From contig JAYUUN010000124.1 in the NCBI GenBank assembly GCA_043754535.1, positions 6,454-70,453 on the forward strand: a stretch of DNA of 64,000 nt, in the 5' to 3' direction. Both the position numbers and the translations under genes were made by a program. The DNA comes from Chloroflexota bacterium. Its GTDB lineage: Bacteria > Chloroflexota > Chloroflexia > QHBQ01. How positions within the stretch are numbered: position 1 is the stretch's first letter; each line of letters starts with the position of its first letter. The notes under the pieces were generated by a model. It was not told the DNA's origin. It saw nothing but the letters and a program-made list of their open reading frames with translations, and did not search any database. Positions 29,272 to 39,584 of the stretch are shown piece after piece.

Positions 29272-30317
29272 ACGGCCAACTCGTCGGCTAGCTGTCGCTG
29301 GCGCAGGTTGCCGCTCACGCCGAGTGGTGGTCGCAGCCAGCCCTCCAACTGCCCTTCGATGCCTGCTACTCGCCCGCTCTGGATGCGCGCCCGCTGCTTC
29401 AGCACCGCTGGTAGACTGTGGAGCGCGGCTAGCCGTCCCCTGACCAGCGCGCTGTCACCCTTCGCCAGCCCATAGGCGAGGGCTAGTGCATCGTAGGCGA
29501 GGATAGAGGGCAGGTGGCGGCGCAGCAAGCTGCTGGGGAAGTTGCGGGCGATAGTCCAGAGGCGATTGCGGGCTAGCTGGTAGCTCTTGAAGGGCGAACC
29601 CTGCTTGCCAGTGGCCGAGTAGTGGTGCAGCACCGCCGCCCCCGGCGCGTAGAGGCACCGCCAGCCACGCAAGCGCGCCCGCCAGGCCAGGTCTACGTCT
29701 TCCAGGTAGGCAAAGTAGTTCGGCGCAAAGTAGCCCACGTCCTGCAACAACTTGCGGCTGTAGAGAGCTGCCCCTGCGCTTGGCCCGAACACCTCATAGG
29801 GCAGACCGCCAGCCTGGTAGGGCTGCCCCGCCAGTCGATCCAGGGCGAGGCCGTCCTGGTAGAGAGCCAAGCCTGCGCTGGCGAGCAGTTGGGGGCGGCG
29901 GTAAAAGAGGAGTGCGCCCGCGATCATGCCGACTGCCGCTGGCTGCCCCACAGTTGCCGCCAACAGAGCGGCCAGCCACTTGGGGTCAGCCACAGTATCG
30001 TTATTGAGAGTGGCGATCCACGTCCCCCGTGCGCTGGCGAAGGCGAGGTTGTTGCCGCCTGCAAAGCCGAGGTTAGTGGGGGTATGCAGCACACGCACCT
30101 GTTCCGCCGCAAAGCCAAGCCGGGCGAACAGCCCAGCCTGGGCCAGGTAGGCGGCTGAACCATCGTGGCTACCGTTCTCCACCAACAGCAACTCAAAGTC
30201 GCGCTCTGTCTGCTGCCCCAGGGCAGCGAGGCAGGCAGGCAGATAGGCCAGTCCATCCCAGTTAAGCACAACGATAGAAATCAGGGGGTCAGTGGAGGGC
30301 ATGGAGACCCTGCTCAT
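29268..30317 (-). CDS. Glycosyltransferase family 2 (WbbL-like)
   Basis: SIVVLNW, ENGSHDG, NLGFAGGNN, LNNDT and YLEDVDLAWR. Confidence 0.92.
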   Translation of the reverse strand: MSRVSMPSTDPLISIVVLNWDGLAYLPACLAALGQQTERDFELLLVENGSHDGSAAYLAQAGLFARLGFAAEQVRVLHTPTNLGFAGGNNLAFASARGTWIATLNNDTVADPKWLAALLAATVGQPAAVGMIAGALLFYRRPQLLASAGLALYQDGLALDRLAGQPYQAGGLPYEVFGPSAGAALYSRKLLQDVGYFAPNYFAYLEDVDLAWRARLRGWRCLYAPGAAVLHHYSATGKQGSPFKSYQLARNRLWTIARNFPSSLLRRHLPSILAYDALALAYGLAKGDSALVRGRLAALHSLPAVLKQRARIQSGRVAGIEGQLEGWLRPPLGVSGNLRQRQLADELAV

Positions 30318-32718
30318 CCACGTAGTAGAGCGTGCGGCTGGCGTAGAGTGGGCCGCTGCGGGGTACGCCGCTGGTTGGGTACTGCTTCAGCAGCGTGCCA
30401 CGCTTCAAGTCTAGCGCGAGGATGCTACCCCCACTCCTGCCATCCCCCACTGCTGCGTACACCACCTCGCCGACGATGATCGGCGCGCCAACTGTCTGAC
30501 CGCCAGCCAGGGGGTAGCTCCAAATCTGGGTGCCGTCGGCGGTACGAAGGGCGGTTAGCTGGCTTGTGCTGGCGACCAGGATGTTATCTTTGACCGCCAT
30601 CTGTACGGCACCTCCAGCCAGACCACTATTCCAGAGGGCTGAGCCGTCGCGTGCGTCGTAGGCTTGGATGCTAGCGTCGTCCGAAGCCAGATAAACAGAG
30701 TCGGCAGTGTTGAGCAAGCTGCCGCGCTTAGCCGCCACTGACCACAAAGGGTTCGCCCGCTGGGGACTGGTCGCTCTAGCCTCCACGGAGCAGGTGGTTA
30801 GGCCACAGATGATCGCGTAGGTAGAAGCTGCATCGGGGCTGGCAACTATACTGGCTTCGTACTGCGTCCCTGCTCTAACCTCACTAGCGAGTTCGTCGCC
30901 GCTAGCTGCATCAAGCCGCCCCTCAGCCTCAGCAGAGAGCAGGTACACTACACCGTTAACTGCTATCGGCCTGATGGTACTACTGATGGTGCCACCCGCG
31001 CCCAGCCTGTCCTTTGCCCAGAGCCGCCGCCCAGCGTTGCGCGGATCGAGAGCGACCAGCGCGTTGTCGCCCGCATAGAACAGGCGTGGCTGACCCTGGT
31101 CGCCAGCAGCGTAGGCGAGTGGGGAGGGGTTGGCGGGGTCGTACTCGGTCTGGAACGACCAGAGCGGTGCGCCCGTCTCGGCACTGAGGGCAACTACGGC
31201 GGTGATCCCACCCATGTCGGGCGCAACCAGGTAGAGGCTACCCTCCGCGATCAGGGGCAGGCTGAAGCTGGCGGTTAGCGGGATCGGGTAGCTCCACAAC
31301 TGCGCCCCGCTGGGTAGCACGTTTGCCTCGCGGCTGTAGTTAGTGCGCCCCCAGTCGTAGCCTACCTGCGACCAGTCGCCCGGCCTGCTGCGCGAGTTGT
31401 AGCTCGGTTTCGTCACCCCAGGCGGCGGCGGCACGGTGTTGGGATAGGCTGGGCCGCTGCTGGCAATAGTTGGCCGAGTTGGGGTTGTGCTGCCCACAAC
31501 GGGTAGCTGAAGGTAGCCCGCCACCAGGGCGAAGGCCAGGCCGCCGACCAGCAGTAGCGCGATCACGAAGGTGGGGATCAGCGGGCCACGACCCTTCCGC
31601 ATAGACTGCCCAGCCAGGGGGGTGGGTGATTGCTTGCCAGCCACCCTGCTCCCCACCACTGGCCTGGGATCAGGCGGCACGGCTTGCAGAGCAGGTTCGC
31701 TGCGGGGGGACGGCTCCTGTCGCTGCTGCTTGCGCGCTTCACCGACGGCGGGGAGGGGGGTTGGTTCGAGGTAGCGGGCATCTATCCGCGTGGTAGTAGC
31801 TGGTTGCCGTGCCTCCACCCTCACTGCCGCAGCCAGCGGCGGGTTGCTTGGGCTAGCGAGGGGGTCGGTCAGGGCCAGCAGCGTCTCTGGCGGACTAGGG
31901 TGGATTGGGCTGGGGTAGATCAGCTTGAGGCGATCACGCACTGCACTGATCGATTGGAGGCGGTCGCTCGGCTCCATGCGCGTCATCAGGGCCAACAGTT
32001 GGTCGAGCGCAACCGGCAGGGCAGGGTTGAGGGCGCGGGCTGGTGGCAGGTCGAAGATGTGTTCGGTCGGGTCGGCCCCGGTCAGCAGTTGCCAAAAGGT
32101 CACGCCCAGGGCGTAGATGTCGCTGCGCACGTCAGTCTGGCTGCGGCCATACTGCTCTGGTGGAGCGTAGCCAGGCGTGCCGAGGGCGCGGGTGTCGCCG
32201 CTACCATCATGCTTGAAGAAGCGGGCGATGCCGAAGTCGATCAGCTTGATCACCCCAGTCCGCGTAACCATGATGTTACCCGGCTTGAGGTCGCGGAAGA
32301 TGATCGGCGGCACGTGGCGGTGCAGGTAGACTAGCACATCCACCACTTGCCAGAACCAGTCGAGGACGGTCGCTAGCGGCGGGTGGCCGCCCGCTTCCTT
32401 CAACGCCTTGTTGAGGTTCTGGCCGTCTACCAAATCCATAACGATGTAGTAGCTGTCGTCCTCAATGAAGTAGTTGACGATCTGGGTGATGTTGGGGTGG
32501 TTGAGCGACATCAGCAAGCTAACCTCACTGCGGAAGCCTGCCACTGCCGCCGCCCGCTCATCATCGTCTAGCACCTCACCGATGCTAAACTGCTTGAGGG
32601 CGTAGCGAGTGGGGCTGCGCTCGTCGCTCACCCGATAGACGCTGCCCGCCCCACCCTGGCCCAGCTTCTGCAAGATGGTATAGCGTCCGCCGTCCAGTTT
32701 GTCGCCAACGTTCAACAT
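30289..32718 (-). CDS. Membrane Ser/Thr protein kinase with extracellular PQQ-like (BamB) beta-propeller
   Basis: GQGGAGSV, ALK, FRDLKPGN, DFG and GTPGYAPPE; Pro-rich linker; TM (PTFVIALLLVGGLAFALVAG); repeats such as ALSAETGAPLW and AYDARDGSALW. Confidence 0.92.
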   Translation of the reverse strand: MLNVGDKLDGGRYTILQKLGQGGAGSVYRVSDERSPTRYALKQFSIGEVLDDDERAAAVAGFRSEVSLLMSLNHPNITQIVNYFIEDDSYYIVMDLVDGQNLNKALKEAGGHPPLATVLDWFWQVVDVLVYLHRHVPPIIFRDLKPGNIMVTRTGVIKLIDFGIARFFKHDGSGDTRALGTPGYAPPEQYGRSQTDVRSDIYALGVTFWQLLTGADPTEHIFDLPPARALNPALPVALDQLLALMTRMEPSDRLQSISAVRDRLKLIYPSPIHPSPPETLLALTDPLASPSNPPLAAAVRVEARQPATTTRIDARYLEPTPLPAVGEARKQQRQEPSPRSEPALQAVPPDPRPVVGSRVAGKQSPTPLAGQSMRKGRGPLIPTFVIALLLVGGLAFALVAGYLQLPVVGSTTPTRPTIASSGPAYPNTVPPPPGVTKPSYNSRSRPGDWSQVGYDWGRTNYSREANVLPSGAQLWSYPIPLTASFSLPLIAEGSLYLVAPDMGGITAVVALSAETGAPLWSFQTEYDPANPSPLAYAAGDQGQPRLFYAGDNALVALDPRNAGRRLWAKDRLGAGGTISSTIRPIAVNGVVYLLSAEAEGRLDAASGDELASEVRAGTQYEASIVASPDAASTYAIICGLTTCSVEARATSPQRANPLWSVAAKRGSLLNTADSVYLASDDASIQAYDARDGSALWNSGLAGGAVQMAVKDNILVASTSQLTALRTADGTQIWSYPLAGGQTVGAPIIVGEVVYAAVGDGRSGGSILALDLKRGTLLKQYPTSGVPRSGPLYASRTLYYVDEQGLHALH

Positions 32719-32722
32719 GACT

Positions 32723-35380
32723 CTATTTTACCACTTCGTAGAGGTAAATGTCGTCGGGTAGGCAGTGCCACTCGATGTCGGGGCGGCGGTCGAACAGACG
32801 GAGGTCGCCCTGCCACATAGCTGCCTGCTTGAACACCTGCACCAGCCTGAGGCGCGGGTTGGCCGCCAGGCTGTCGCGCACCTGCGGCCATGACTTGGCC
32901 GACTTGTAATCCAGCCCAGGGTAGCGCGAACTGACCGCCACGTACTTTGCGTCGAAGGGCGCAGCGGCGATCAGGTTGATCGCTTGGGGGTCGGGGAACT
33001 GGTTGAGCGCGTCCTCGTTGGCCGTGTAGAGCGGCGGCACGAAGGTTTCGTAGCCGTAAGCGATGCGCTTGCCATGGTAGACGCTGCCCCACATCGCGGG
33101 GCCGTCCTTCCAAGAGCGATCCACGCTGAACATGGCGACGGTAAACTGACCGGGCTGGGCGGCCAACCAGCGATCCATTGGCTGCTCGAAAGCCTTGCTG
33201 TAGCCGAAGGTGTAGGGGTTGGCCCACCACTCAACCAGCAGCAGGCTGCTGAGCAGCAGCACGGTCAGGAAGCCATGGCGGGCGAAACGTGGTCGTTGCA
33301 ACAGGTAGCGCAGGCCATAAGCCGCCAGCACCGCCACTGCCAGGATCACGATCACCCCAAAGCGGGCGTAGGCGCGCACCCCGTTGAAGCCAGGCACGTA
33401 GTTGAACAGCAGCAGGCCAGGCAGCGGCCACAGCACGCCACTCGCTGGCTGCACGTAGCCGAAGCGTTCCAGTTCACCGCCAACATCCAGCAGCAGCCCG
33501 AAGCTGAACACCGCTGCCACCAGCGCGACCACCAACCACAACCAGCGCAACCCCCGCTCCGCCTGCCCACCGAGGACGAAGGCCAGCACTGCCAGCAGCA
33601 GCGGCACGATCCCCAGGTACACGTTGTAGTCGGTGATGTTCAGGTTAGCAGTGTGCGCGTTGAGGAAGCGGTCGCCCCAGAGCGGGTGCAGTTGGCTGGG
33701 CATAAAGTAGTCGCTGGGTAGCGCAGAGCTACCGTTCGCCGCCTTCACCGTGTAGGCTAGCTTCGCCTGCCCGCGCAGTTGCAGGTAAGGGATGAGGAAC
33801 GGCAGCACCATCGCCAGCACCGCCGCCCCAAACGCCCCAAAGGCAATCAACGACCTCCTCATCCCCACTCGTGGTGCGAGGCCAGTCGGCGGCTGAGTGC
33901 GGGCCACCATCACCAGCCTTACCACACCGTACAGCCCAACCATCACCCCCGCAATCGCCGCGAAGTACCAGGCCTGCCAGGCGCAGAGGGAAAAGAACAC
34001 GCCAGCCAGCAAACCATCCTGCCACCGCCGTTCGCGGATCAGTTTTTCTACAAAGAGGAAGGTGAGCGGGAACCATTGGATGCCCATCATCTGCAAGTGG
34101 CCCATCATTTGGTTCAGGTGCCAGGGCGCAAAAGCGTAGATCAGCCCCGCAAACAGGGCAATCAAGGAAGCTGTTTCTTCTTCTCCTCCCCCGCTCCCCT
34201 CGCGGCGAAGGGCAGGGTGGGCGGCTAGCAGGTACTTGACCAGCAGGTACATTCCCCAACCGCTGAGGACAAAGCTAGCAAACTGCGCGACGTTGTAGCT
34301 CCAGACCGGGCCGAGGGTAGCAGTGATCGGCAGGGTGAGCATTGTATTGACGGGTGTAAGTTCGCCCTGGGCCAGGTTGAAGCCAGCGGGGTAGTAGACG
34401 TTCGGGTTGTAGGCCAGGTCACTGCCAGGTGGCGGATTGCCAAATAGAGCATGGCCTACCCACCAGATTTTGTAGAGGAAGTTGAAGTTGTCCATCGGCC
34501 AGCCTGGTAGCCACTCGCCCAGGTGCAGCACATAGGGCCAGGTGAACACGCTTGCCAGACCAAAGTAGAACAGCGGCGGCCCCGCCCAGCGCAACCGCTG
34601 CGGCCACAGCCTACCCAGCCGCGCCCAGGCCGAGACCAGCCAGCCCTCAACCGCCAGTCGATGACTGAGCAGAGCGGCTACAGTTGCGTAGGCAACGATG
34701 ATAGTAAGTAGCAGCAGGCGGTTGCTGACCCCAGCGAACAGATAGGCCGCCAGCCCCAGCGCGACGACCGAGCCAGCCACTGCCAGCCCGAAGCGGGAGC
34801 GCGCCAAAGCCCAAACCATCCCTGCGCCAAGCAGCCACAGCCCCACGATCAGCGAGCTGGGCCAGCGTAGACCGATGGGGCCGTTCGCTGCCTCCACCTT
34901 AAGGCTGTAGAAGACGATACCAAGTTCGCGGTAGTCCTTGTCCGAAGGGTAGAAGGTTTGCTGCGGGCGCAGTTCGAGGCTCAATTCGGGATCGAGCGCG
35001 AGGTCGGCGTAATCGAGGGTGTAGGTAAAGAGCGTGTTGCTAGCTGGGATGGTCGCCACCAGCTTGCCTGCCAGGTAGAGGTCGGTGGGGCTGGCGGCGA
35101 AGGCGGGCGGGCGGCTGCCGTTCAAGGTGAGGGTAAGCCGTTCGCGATAGGCGAAGCGCGGGCTGACCACGCTGCTTGCCTCCTTCGTCCAGCGAAACGG
35201 CAGGCCGCCTTCGCCCCGCTCTAGGGGCTGGAAGTGGCCGAGCCGCTCGCCCGCCTTGCCGTCCGCCGCCACGATCAGCGTGCCACCCTGCCCAGCGAGG
35301 AGCAGGAGCAGGCCGAGGGCGAAGGCTAGCGTAAGCAGCAGGCCGACAGCGCGAGGCAGCCGTGGTGAGCGATTCAACAA
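32723..35380 (-). CDS. YfhO-like GT-C membrane protein with N-terminal extracellular FRWT domain
   Basis: Signal/TM, PFRWT domain, YNPNVYYPAG, SGWGMYLL, AFAPWH..GHLQ, YLGIVPLL and GVRAYARF. Confidence 0.7.
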   Translation of the reverse strand: MLNRSPRLPRAVGLLLTLAFALGLLLLLAGQGGTLIVAADGKAGERLGHFQPLERGEGGLPFRWTKEASSVVSPRFAYRERLTLTLNGSRPPAFAASPTDLYLAGKLVATIPASNTLFTYTLDYADLALDPELSLELRPQQTFYPSDKDYRELGIVFYSLKVEAANGPIGLRWPSSLIVGLWLLGAGMVWALARSRFGLAVAGSVVALGLAAYLFAGVSNRLLLLTIIVAYATVAALLSHRLAVEGWLVSAWARLGRLWPQRLRWAGPPLFYFGLASVFTWPYVLHLGEWLPGWPMDNFNFLYKIWWVGHALFGNPPPGSDLAYNPNVYYPAGFNLAQGELTPVNTMLTLPITATLGPVWSYNVAQFASFVLSGWGMYLLVKYLLAAHPALRREGSGGGEEETASLIALFAGLIYAFAPWHLNQMMGHLQMMGIQWFPLTFLFVEKLIRERRWQDGLLAGVFFSLCAWQAWYFAAIAGVMVGLYGVVRLVMVARTQPPTGLAPRVGMRRSLIAFGAFGAAVLAMVLPFLIPYLQLRGQAKLAYTVKAANGSSALPSDYFMPSQLHPLWGDRFLNAHTANLNITDYNVYLGIVPLLLAVLAFVLGGQAERGLRWLWLVVALVAAVFSFGLLLDVGGELERFGYVQPASGVLWPLPGLLLFNYVPGFNGVRAYARFGVIVILAVAVLAAYGLRYLLQRPRFARHGFLTVLLLSSLLLVEWWANPYTFGYSKAFEQPMDRWLAAQPGQFTVAMFSVDRSWKDGPAMWGSVYHGKRIAYGYETFVPPLYTANEDALNQFPDPQAINLIAAAPFDAKYVAVSSRYPGLDYKSAKSWPQVRDSLAANPRLRLVQVFKQAAMWQGDLRLFDRRPDIEWHCLPDDIYLYEVVK

Positions 35381-35465
35381 GCGGTCTGCACCTCTTGCCG
35401 CTGGGCAGGACGGCTAGCCACTATCACTCTCCCCTGCTGCCACATAGCTGTAGCCCCGTTGCTCA

Positions 35466-36254
35466 TCACTTGACCGTATTAAAGTAGCTGACGATGCCAT
35501 GAAAATAAGCGTCTGCCTCTGCATCGTAGAAGCCCGGCTGCCTGATCAGGCTGCTGGCGTACTCGTTGGTGAGGAACAGCGGTTCGGCCAGTGCGCCAGG
35601 CATAGTGCTGGGTCGGGGAACGCGCCAGTTCTTGGGGCCGAGCAGGTAGAGGTGGCCGCCGGGCTTCTTCAGCACGTCGTCGGGGCTGATCGGCTGCACC
35701 GGGATTGCCCAGCCCTGCTGCTGCCACTCTGCGGCAAAGGCCGCCGCGAGGCTGGCTGCCAGTTGGGCTGACTGCGCGGCAAAGGGGCGGTCGGCGCAGT
35801 AGTAGACGGTGGTGAAGTTGGCGGTGGGGTCGTAGCTGCGGCTATCGTGGTGGAGGCTGACAAAAATCGCGGCGTGGTTGTTGTTGGCAAGGTCTACGCG
35901 GGCCTGCAAGTCGTCATCCACATCTATCTTCTTATTGCCGTTCAGGTCTAGATGAGCGACGTTCACCTGCGTGTCCGTGTTGCGGGTAAGGATTGCCACG
36001 TAGCCCGCCGCCTGCAAGCGAGCTGCCAGCCTTTGGGCAACGCGCAGGTTGACATCCTTCTCCAGCAGATCGTACTGCTTTGTCTTCGCATTGTAGTGCG
36101 CGCCGCCGCTCTCGCTGCCGCCATGCCCTGGATCGATCACCACTACCTTCGGCGGCGGTTGCTGCTGGGCAGCCACCAGCCCAGACCCTACTAGCGTCAG
36201 CAGAGCAAGAGCAAGGGCGAATGCTACCAGCAAGCGGTTCTTAGCCAAATACAT
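35466..36254 (-). CDS. N-acetylmuramoyl-L-alanine amidase (Amidase_3), secreted
   Basis: Signal peptide; IDPGHGG, LEKDVNL, FVSLHHD and ALAEPLF supply the Zn and catalytic residues. Start is 36254 or 36278. Confidence 0.9.
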   Translation of the reverse strand: MYLAKNRLLVAFALALALLTLVGSGLVAAQQQPPPKVVVIDPGHGGSESGGAHYNAKTKQYDLLEKDVNLRVAQRLAARLQAAGYVAILTRNTDTQVNVAHLDLNGNKKIDVDDDLQARVDLANNNHAAIFVSLHHDSRSYDPTANFTTVYYCADRPFAAQSAQLAASLAAAFAAEWQQQGWAIPVQPISPDDVLKKPGGHLYLLGPKNWRVPRPSTMPGALAEPLFLTNEYASSLIRQPGFYDAEADAYFHGIVSYFNTVK

Positions 36255-36300
36255 CTTCTTTCCAGCCAGCGGGGACAACAGCTTCGCCTCCAGCAGGTGA

Positions 36301-37038
36301 CTACTTCTCGAAGCGCACGGCCAGCCTACCGAGGCTGATCACATCGCCAGGGTTGAGCAGCACTAGCTGGTTGGGGGTCAGCTTCTCACGGTTGAGGTAG
36401 CTGCCGTTGACCGAGCCGAGGTCCTCTATGCTGAAGCGGTCGCCGCTCTTGTGCAGCTTGACGTGACGGCGGCTCACCCCCTTGTCCATGCCACCATGCG
36501 GGGTCATGTCCACGTCGGGGAAGGAGTTGCTCACCGGGTCTTCACGGCCAATAACCATCTCTGGCTTGCTGGGCAGCGGAATCTCTGCACTGGTATCTAC
36601 CACAACCAGGCGTGGGTTGAGCGGGGCAGTAGTGATTGGCTGCGGCTGAGGAGGCGCGGCTGGCTGTGGCTGCTGGGCGGCTTGCTGTGGCGGCGAGGAC
36701 GTTTGGGGAGGGGGAGGGGTGTAGACCGGTGCGCTGGCACTGCCTGCACTGACCGGGGTTGCCGCTGCTGTCGGTACCAGCGACGCGCCGCAGTTCTCGC
36801 AGAACACCTCACCGGGGATGTTGGTTGCGCCGCAGACCGCGCAGATCGGGCTGCCACCAGAGTTGGGGCTGGTAGCAGGCGGCGGCGGCGTAGGGGCGGC
36901 CTGCGCTACGCTGACTGGAGCGGGTTGGTTGCTGTATGGCTGGCTGGTGGGGACGGCGGCAGTACCAAGCGGGGTGCCGCACTGGTCGCAGAAATGCGCC
37001 CCGGCGGGTTGCTCGCTACCACAATTGGGGCAACGCAT
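36301..37038 (-). CDS. Double zinc-ribbon + FHA domain protein
   Basis: CPNC..FCDQCG and CAVC..FCENCG; FHA motifs IGR, GVSRRH and DLGSVNGS. Confidence 0.92.
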   Translation of the reverse strand: MRCPNCGSEQPAGAHFCDQCGTPLGTAAVPTSQPYSNQPAPVSVAQAAPTPPPPATSPNSGGSPICAVCGATNIPGEVFCENCGASLVPTAAATPVSAGSASAPVYTPPPPQTSSPPQQAAQQPQPAAPPQPQPITTAPLNPRLVVVDTSAEIPLPSKPEMVIGREDPVSNSFPDVDMTPHGGMDKGVSRRHVKLHKSGDRFSIEDLGSVNGSYLNREKLTPNQLVLLNPGDVISLGRLAVRFEK

Positions 37039-37105
37039 GGGCAGTACCCTCCTTTTGCTCTACTAATATTCCACTGGTTGGACGGCAAAGTTTAGCTTTG
37101 CGCTC

Positions 37106-37134
37106 ATTATACTTGCTAGCTCGCCCAGCGTCAA
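37106..37134 (-). promoter_or_regulatory. Putative sigma70 promoter of the FHA-amidase-GT-C-kinase-GT2 operon
   Basis: Minus strand reads TTGACG, 17 bp, TATAAT. Confidence 0.65.
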
Positions 37135-37293
37135 ACCGAGTGCTGCGTATTCACGGTTGCGCGATGCAGACAGCGAATTACGTATGCGCCGTTTGGCAAG
37201 TGGGCAGGCTGTGTGGTATCATGGACGATGAAACAACCTTGCTATAACAGACAGCAGAGCCTCAGCTTTTGCTTCAGGAGACAGGTGAGTTAG

Positions 37294-38478
37294 ATGATAG
37301 AGAGCAGCACCCCACGCCCCGACCAACCTCAAATCCGCTTCACCGGTACCGCCCGGTTGGTAATCATCGTCGCCCTGGTGATTGCCACCATCTGGTTCCT
37401 CGGCAAGCTGGGGATGGTGGTGATCCCCTTCATCCTGGCAATCCTGTTGGCCTACATCCTCAATCCTATCGTTGGCCTGCTTACTCGCCGCACGCACTGG
37501 CCGCGCCTGGTCTTCGTGGTGGGCTTCTTCGCCTTGCTCGTCGCTTTCGTCGCCTGGTTGGTCAGCATCGTGCCGCTGGCGATGCGGCAGTTTGGCGAGA
37601 TTCGCCGCAACCTGCCTGTCTACCTGGACGACTTGCGCCGCACTGCCGCTGGGTTTGGCCTGAACATAGATGAGCCGACTTATGACACCATCAAGCGCAC
37701 GGTGGTTGAGTTCAAGTTCGGGGCCGGGGCGCAGATGGCCGAGATCGCACGAGGGGCGTTCGAGTCGTTCCTGCTCACCCTTGTCTTTGTCGCCGCCAGC
37801 TTCTTCTTCCTGCTGGATGCAGAGCGGATCGGCGAACGCATCCGCAACGCCGTGCCGCGCCGCTTCCGTGCCGAGGTGCTGCCACTGATCGGGCAGATCA
37901 ACGGCACGATCAGCGGTTGGATTCGCGGCCAGCTTGTGCTGGTAGTGGTGATGAGCGTCGCCAGCTATATCGCCCTCAGCATCCTGGGCATCCACTTTGC
38001 CCTGTTCATCGCTATCGCCACTGGCTTCCTGGAAACGATCCCCTACCTCGGCCCCTACAGCGCGGGCGGCCTCGCCGTCTTTGTGGCCCTGGTGCAGCCG
38101 CAGACCAACTTTGGGTGGAGCAATGTAACGATGGCAGTCGTGGTTGCGGTCGTCTATACCACCCTGCGCCACTTGGAGGACTACCTGATTGTCCCCTACG
38201 TGATGGGCAAGTCGGTGCATCTACACCCAATGCTGGTGCTGTTCGCCGCCTTTGCGGGGTCGTCGGTAGCAGGGGTGCTGGGCCTGTTCCTGGCGGTGCC
38301 GGTGATTGCAATCGTCAAGCTAATCCTGGAGTTCGTCGTTCCCCGCCTGTTCCCGCCAGAGAGCGAGTTTGAGGTGGAGGTAGCAGCGGAGGGGCAGGCA
38401 CTGCGGGCGGCAGTGGAGCGGGCGAACGAGCCGCCCAGCAAGCCAGGCCGCTCGTTGCAGGACTCGACCGCCCAATGA
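37294..38478 (+). CDS. AI-2E family transporter
   Basis: PFILAILLAYILNP, FFFLLD, GWIRGQL, IPYLGP and P.VMGKSVHLHP. Confidence 0.92.
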   Translation: MIESSTPRPDQPQIRFTGTARLVIIVALVIATIWFLGKLGMVVIPFILAILLAYILNPIVGLLTRRTHWPRLVFVVGFFALLVAFVAWLVSIVPLAMRQFGEIRRNLPVYLDDLRRTAAGFGLNIDEPTYDTIKRTVVEFKFGAGAQMAEIARGAFESFLLTLVFVAASFFFLLDAERIGERIRNAVPRRFRAEVLPLIGQINGTISGWIRGQLVLVVVMSVASYIALSILGIHFALFIAIATGFLETIPYLGPYSAGGLAVFVALVQPQTNFGWSNVTMAVVVAVVYTTLRHLEDYLIVPYVMGKSVHLHPMLVLFAAFAGSSVAGVLGLFLAVPVIAIVKLILEFVVPRLFPPESEFEVEVAAEGQALRAAVERANEPPSKPGRSLQDSTAQ

Positions 38479-39065
38479 GCAGCTTCAACGTGCGCCCTGC
38501 CGAGGCCGACGACCTGACCGCCTGCCTGGCCCTGGACGACAGCTACAGCACCAACTGGGTCTGGCAGGTGATCGAGAGCCGCAGCGATTTGCTGCTCAGC
38601 GAACCAGGGTTGCTGGGTGAGGAGCAGCGCACCGTCAGCTTCCGCCCCACTCGCCTGCCGCGTCCGCGCCTGGTCAGCGGCAAGAGCGAAACACCCCACC
38701 GCTTGCGCGCAGCCTGGCAGCAGATCGACTTCTTTGCCATTGCCACCAGCGAGGGCAGCAACGAGGTGGTAGGCTACATCAACCTCTTTCTTGACCGCCA
38801 GCGCGAACTGGCCTGGCTAACCCAGGTAGCGGTCGCTGAGGGCTGGCGGCGGCAGCGGGTGGGGGCAACTCTGCTGGAAGCGGCCAAAGAGTGGGCGCGG
38901 CTAGCAGCCCAGCGGTCGATCCTCACTGAACTGACGACTGCCAACTACCCCGCTAGTCGCTTCCTGCAAAGTCAGGGCTTCACCTTCTGCGGCTACAACG
39001 ATGCCTTTGATCCAGCGGGGGAGATGACCTTCTTCTACAACTACCCGCTGGCCCAAAATCGCTGA
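38475..39065 (+). CDS. GNAT N-acetyltransferase
   Basis: VAVAEGWRRQRVGATLL (acetyl-CoA motif A) and NYPASRFLQSQGF. Confidence 0.85.
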   Translation: MSSFNVRPAEADDLTACLALDDSYSTNWVWQVIESRSDLLLSEPGLLGEEQRTVSFRPTRLPRPRLVSGKSETPHRLRAAWQQIDFFAIATSEGSNEVVGYINLFLDRQRELAWLTQVAVAEGWRRQRVGATLLEAAKEWARLAAQRSILTELTTANYPASRFLQSQGFTFCGYNDAFDPAGEMTFFYNYPLAQNR

Positions 39066-39069
39066 TACC

Positions 39070-39078
39070 TGTTATAAT
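39070..39078 (+). promoter_or_regulatory. Extended -10 promoter element
   Basis: TGTTATAAT about 30 bp upstream of ATG 39108, which has a GGAGGG RBS. Confidence 0.5.
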
Positions 39079-39107
39079 GTGTCTATCTTGCCAGAGATGG
39101 AGGGCTG

Positions 39108-39575
39108 ATGAGCGAACCAGCGGTGGGCCGGGCCAGCAGCGTACTGCTGGGGATCGTGGAGGCGGCGCGCACTCTGCTGCCAGAGCAGTGGCAAGGCTTC
39201 AGCATCGGTGGACGGGCTAACCTGGTGCAGATGTACTTCGAGCCAAACGAGCTTGGCCGCAAGGTGCATTTCGAGGTCTGGCAGCGGCGCGGCTACCTGG
39301 AGGTCGGGTTGCACTTCGAGGCCGAGGCGGGCGCAAACGAGTTCCTCTTTAGCAGCTTTCAACAACGCCAGCCCGCTATTGATGCCGCCCTCAACGTCGA
39401 AGCCAGCCAGCCGCTGGTACGCGTTGCGCGGTGGGACAAGGGTTGGGCGCGAGTGCATTGCGAGATGCCAACCCAGGGTGTGCGCGCCGTAGCCCGTGAG
39501 GCCAACGCTGTCGCCCACCGCCTGGCCGCAATGATCGCCACCCTGCAACCGATGTACGACGAGATCATGAGCTGA
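39108..39575 (+). CDS. Hypothetical protein
   Basis: 155-aa ORF with RBS and normal codon style; HFEVW..LEVGLHFE motif; no family recognised. Confidence 0.7.
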   Translation: MSEPAVGRASSVLLGIVEAARTLLPEQWQGFSIGGRANLVQMYFEPNELGRKVHFEVWQRRGYLEVGLHFEAEAGANEFLFSSFQQRQPAIDAALNVEASQPLVRVARWDKGWARVHCEMPTQGVRAVAREANAVAHRLAAMIATLQPMYDEIMS

Positions 39576-39584
39576 GGAGCAACG

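Noticed and set aside
32280-32305. Pseudokinase because HRD reads FRD
   Set aside because: The catalytic Asp, Lys, Asn, DFG and APE-equivalent motifs are intact; FRD/YRD variants are common in bacterial Hanks kinases.
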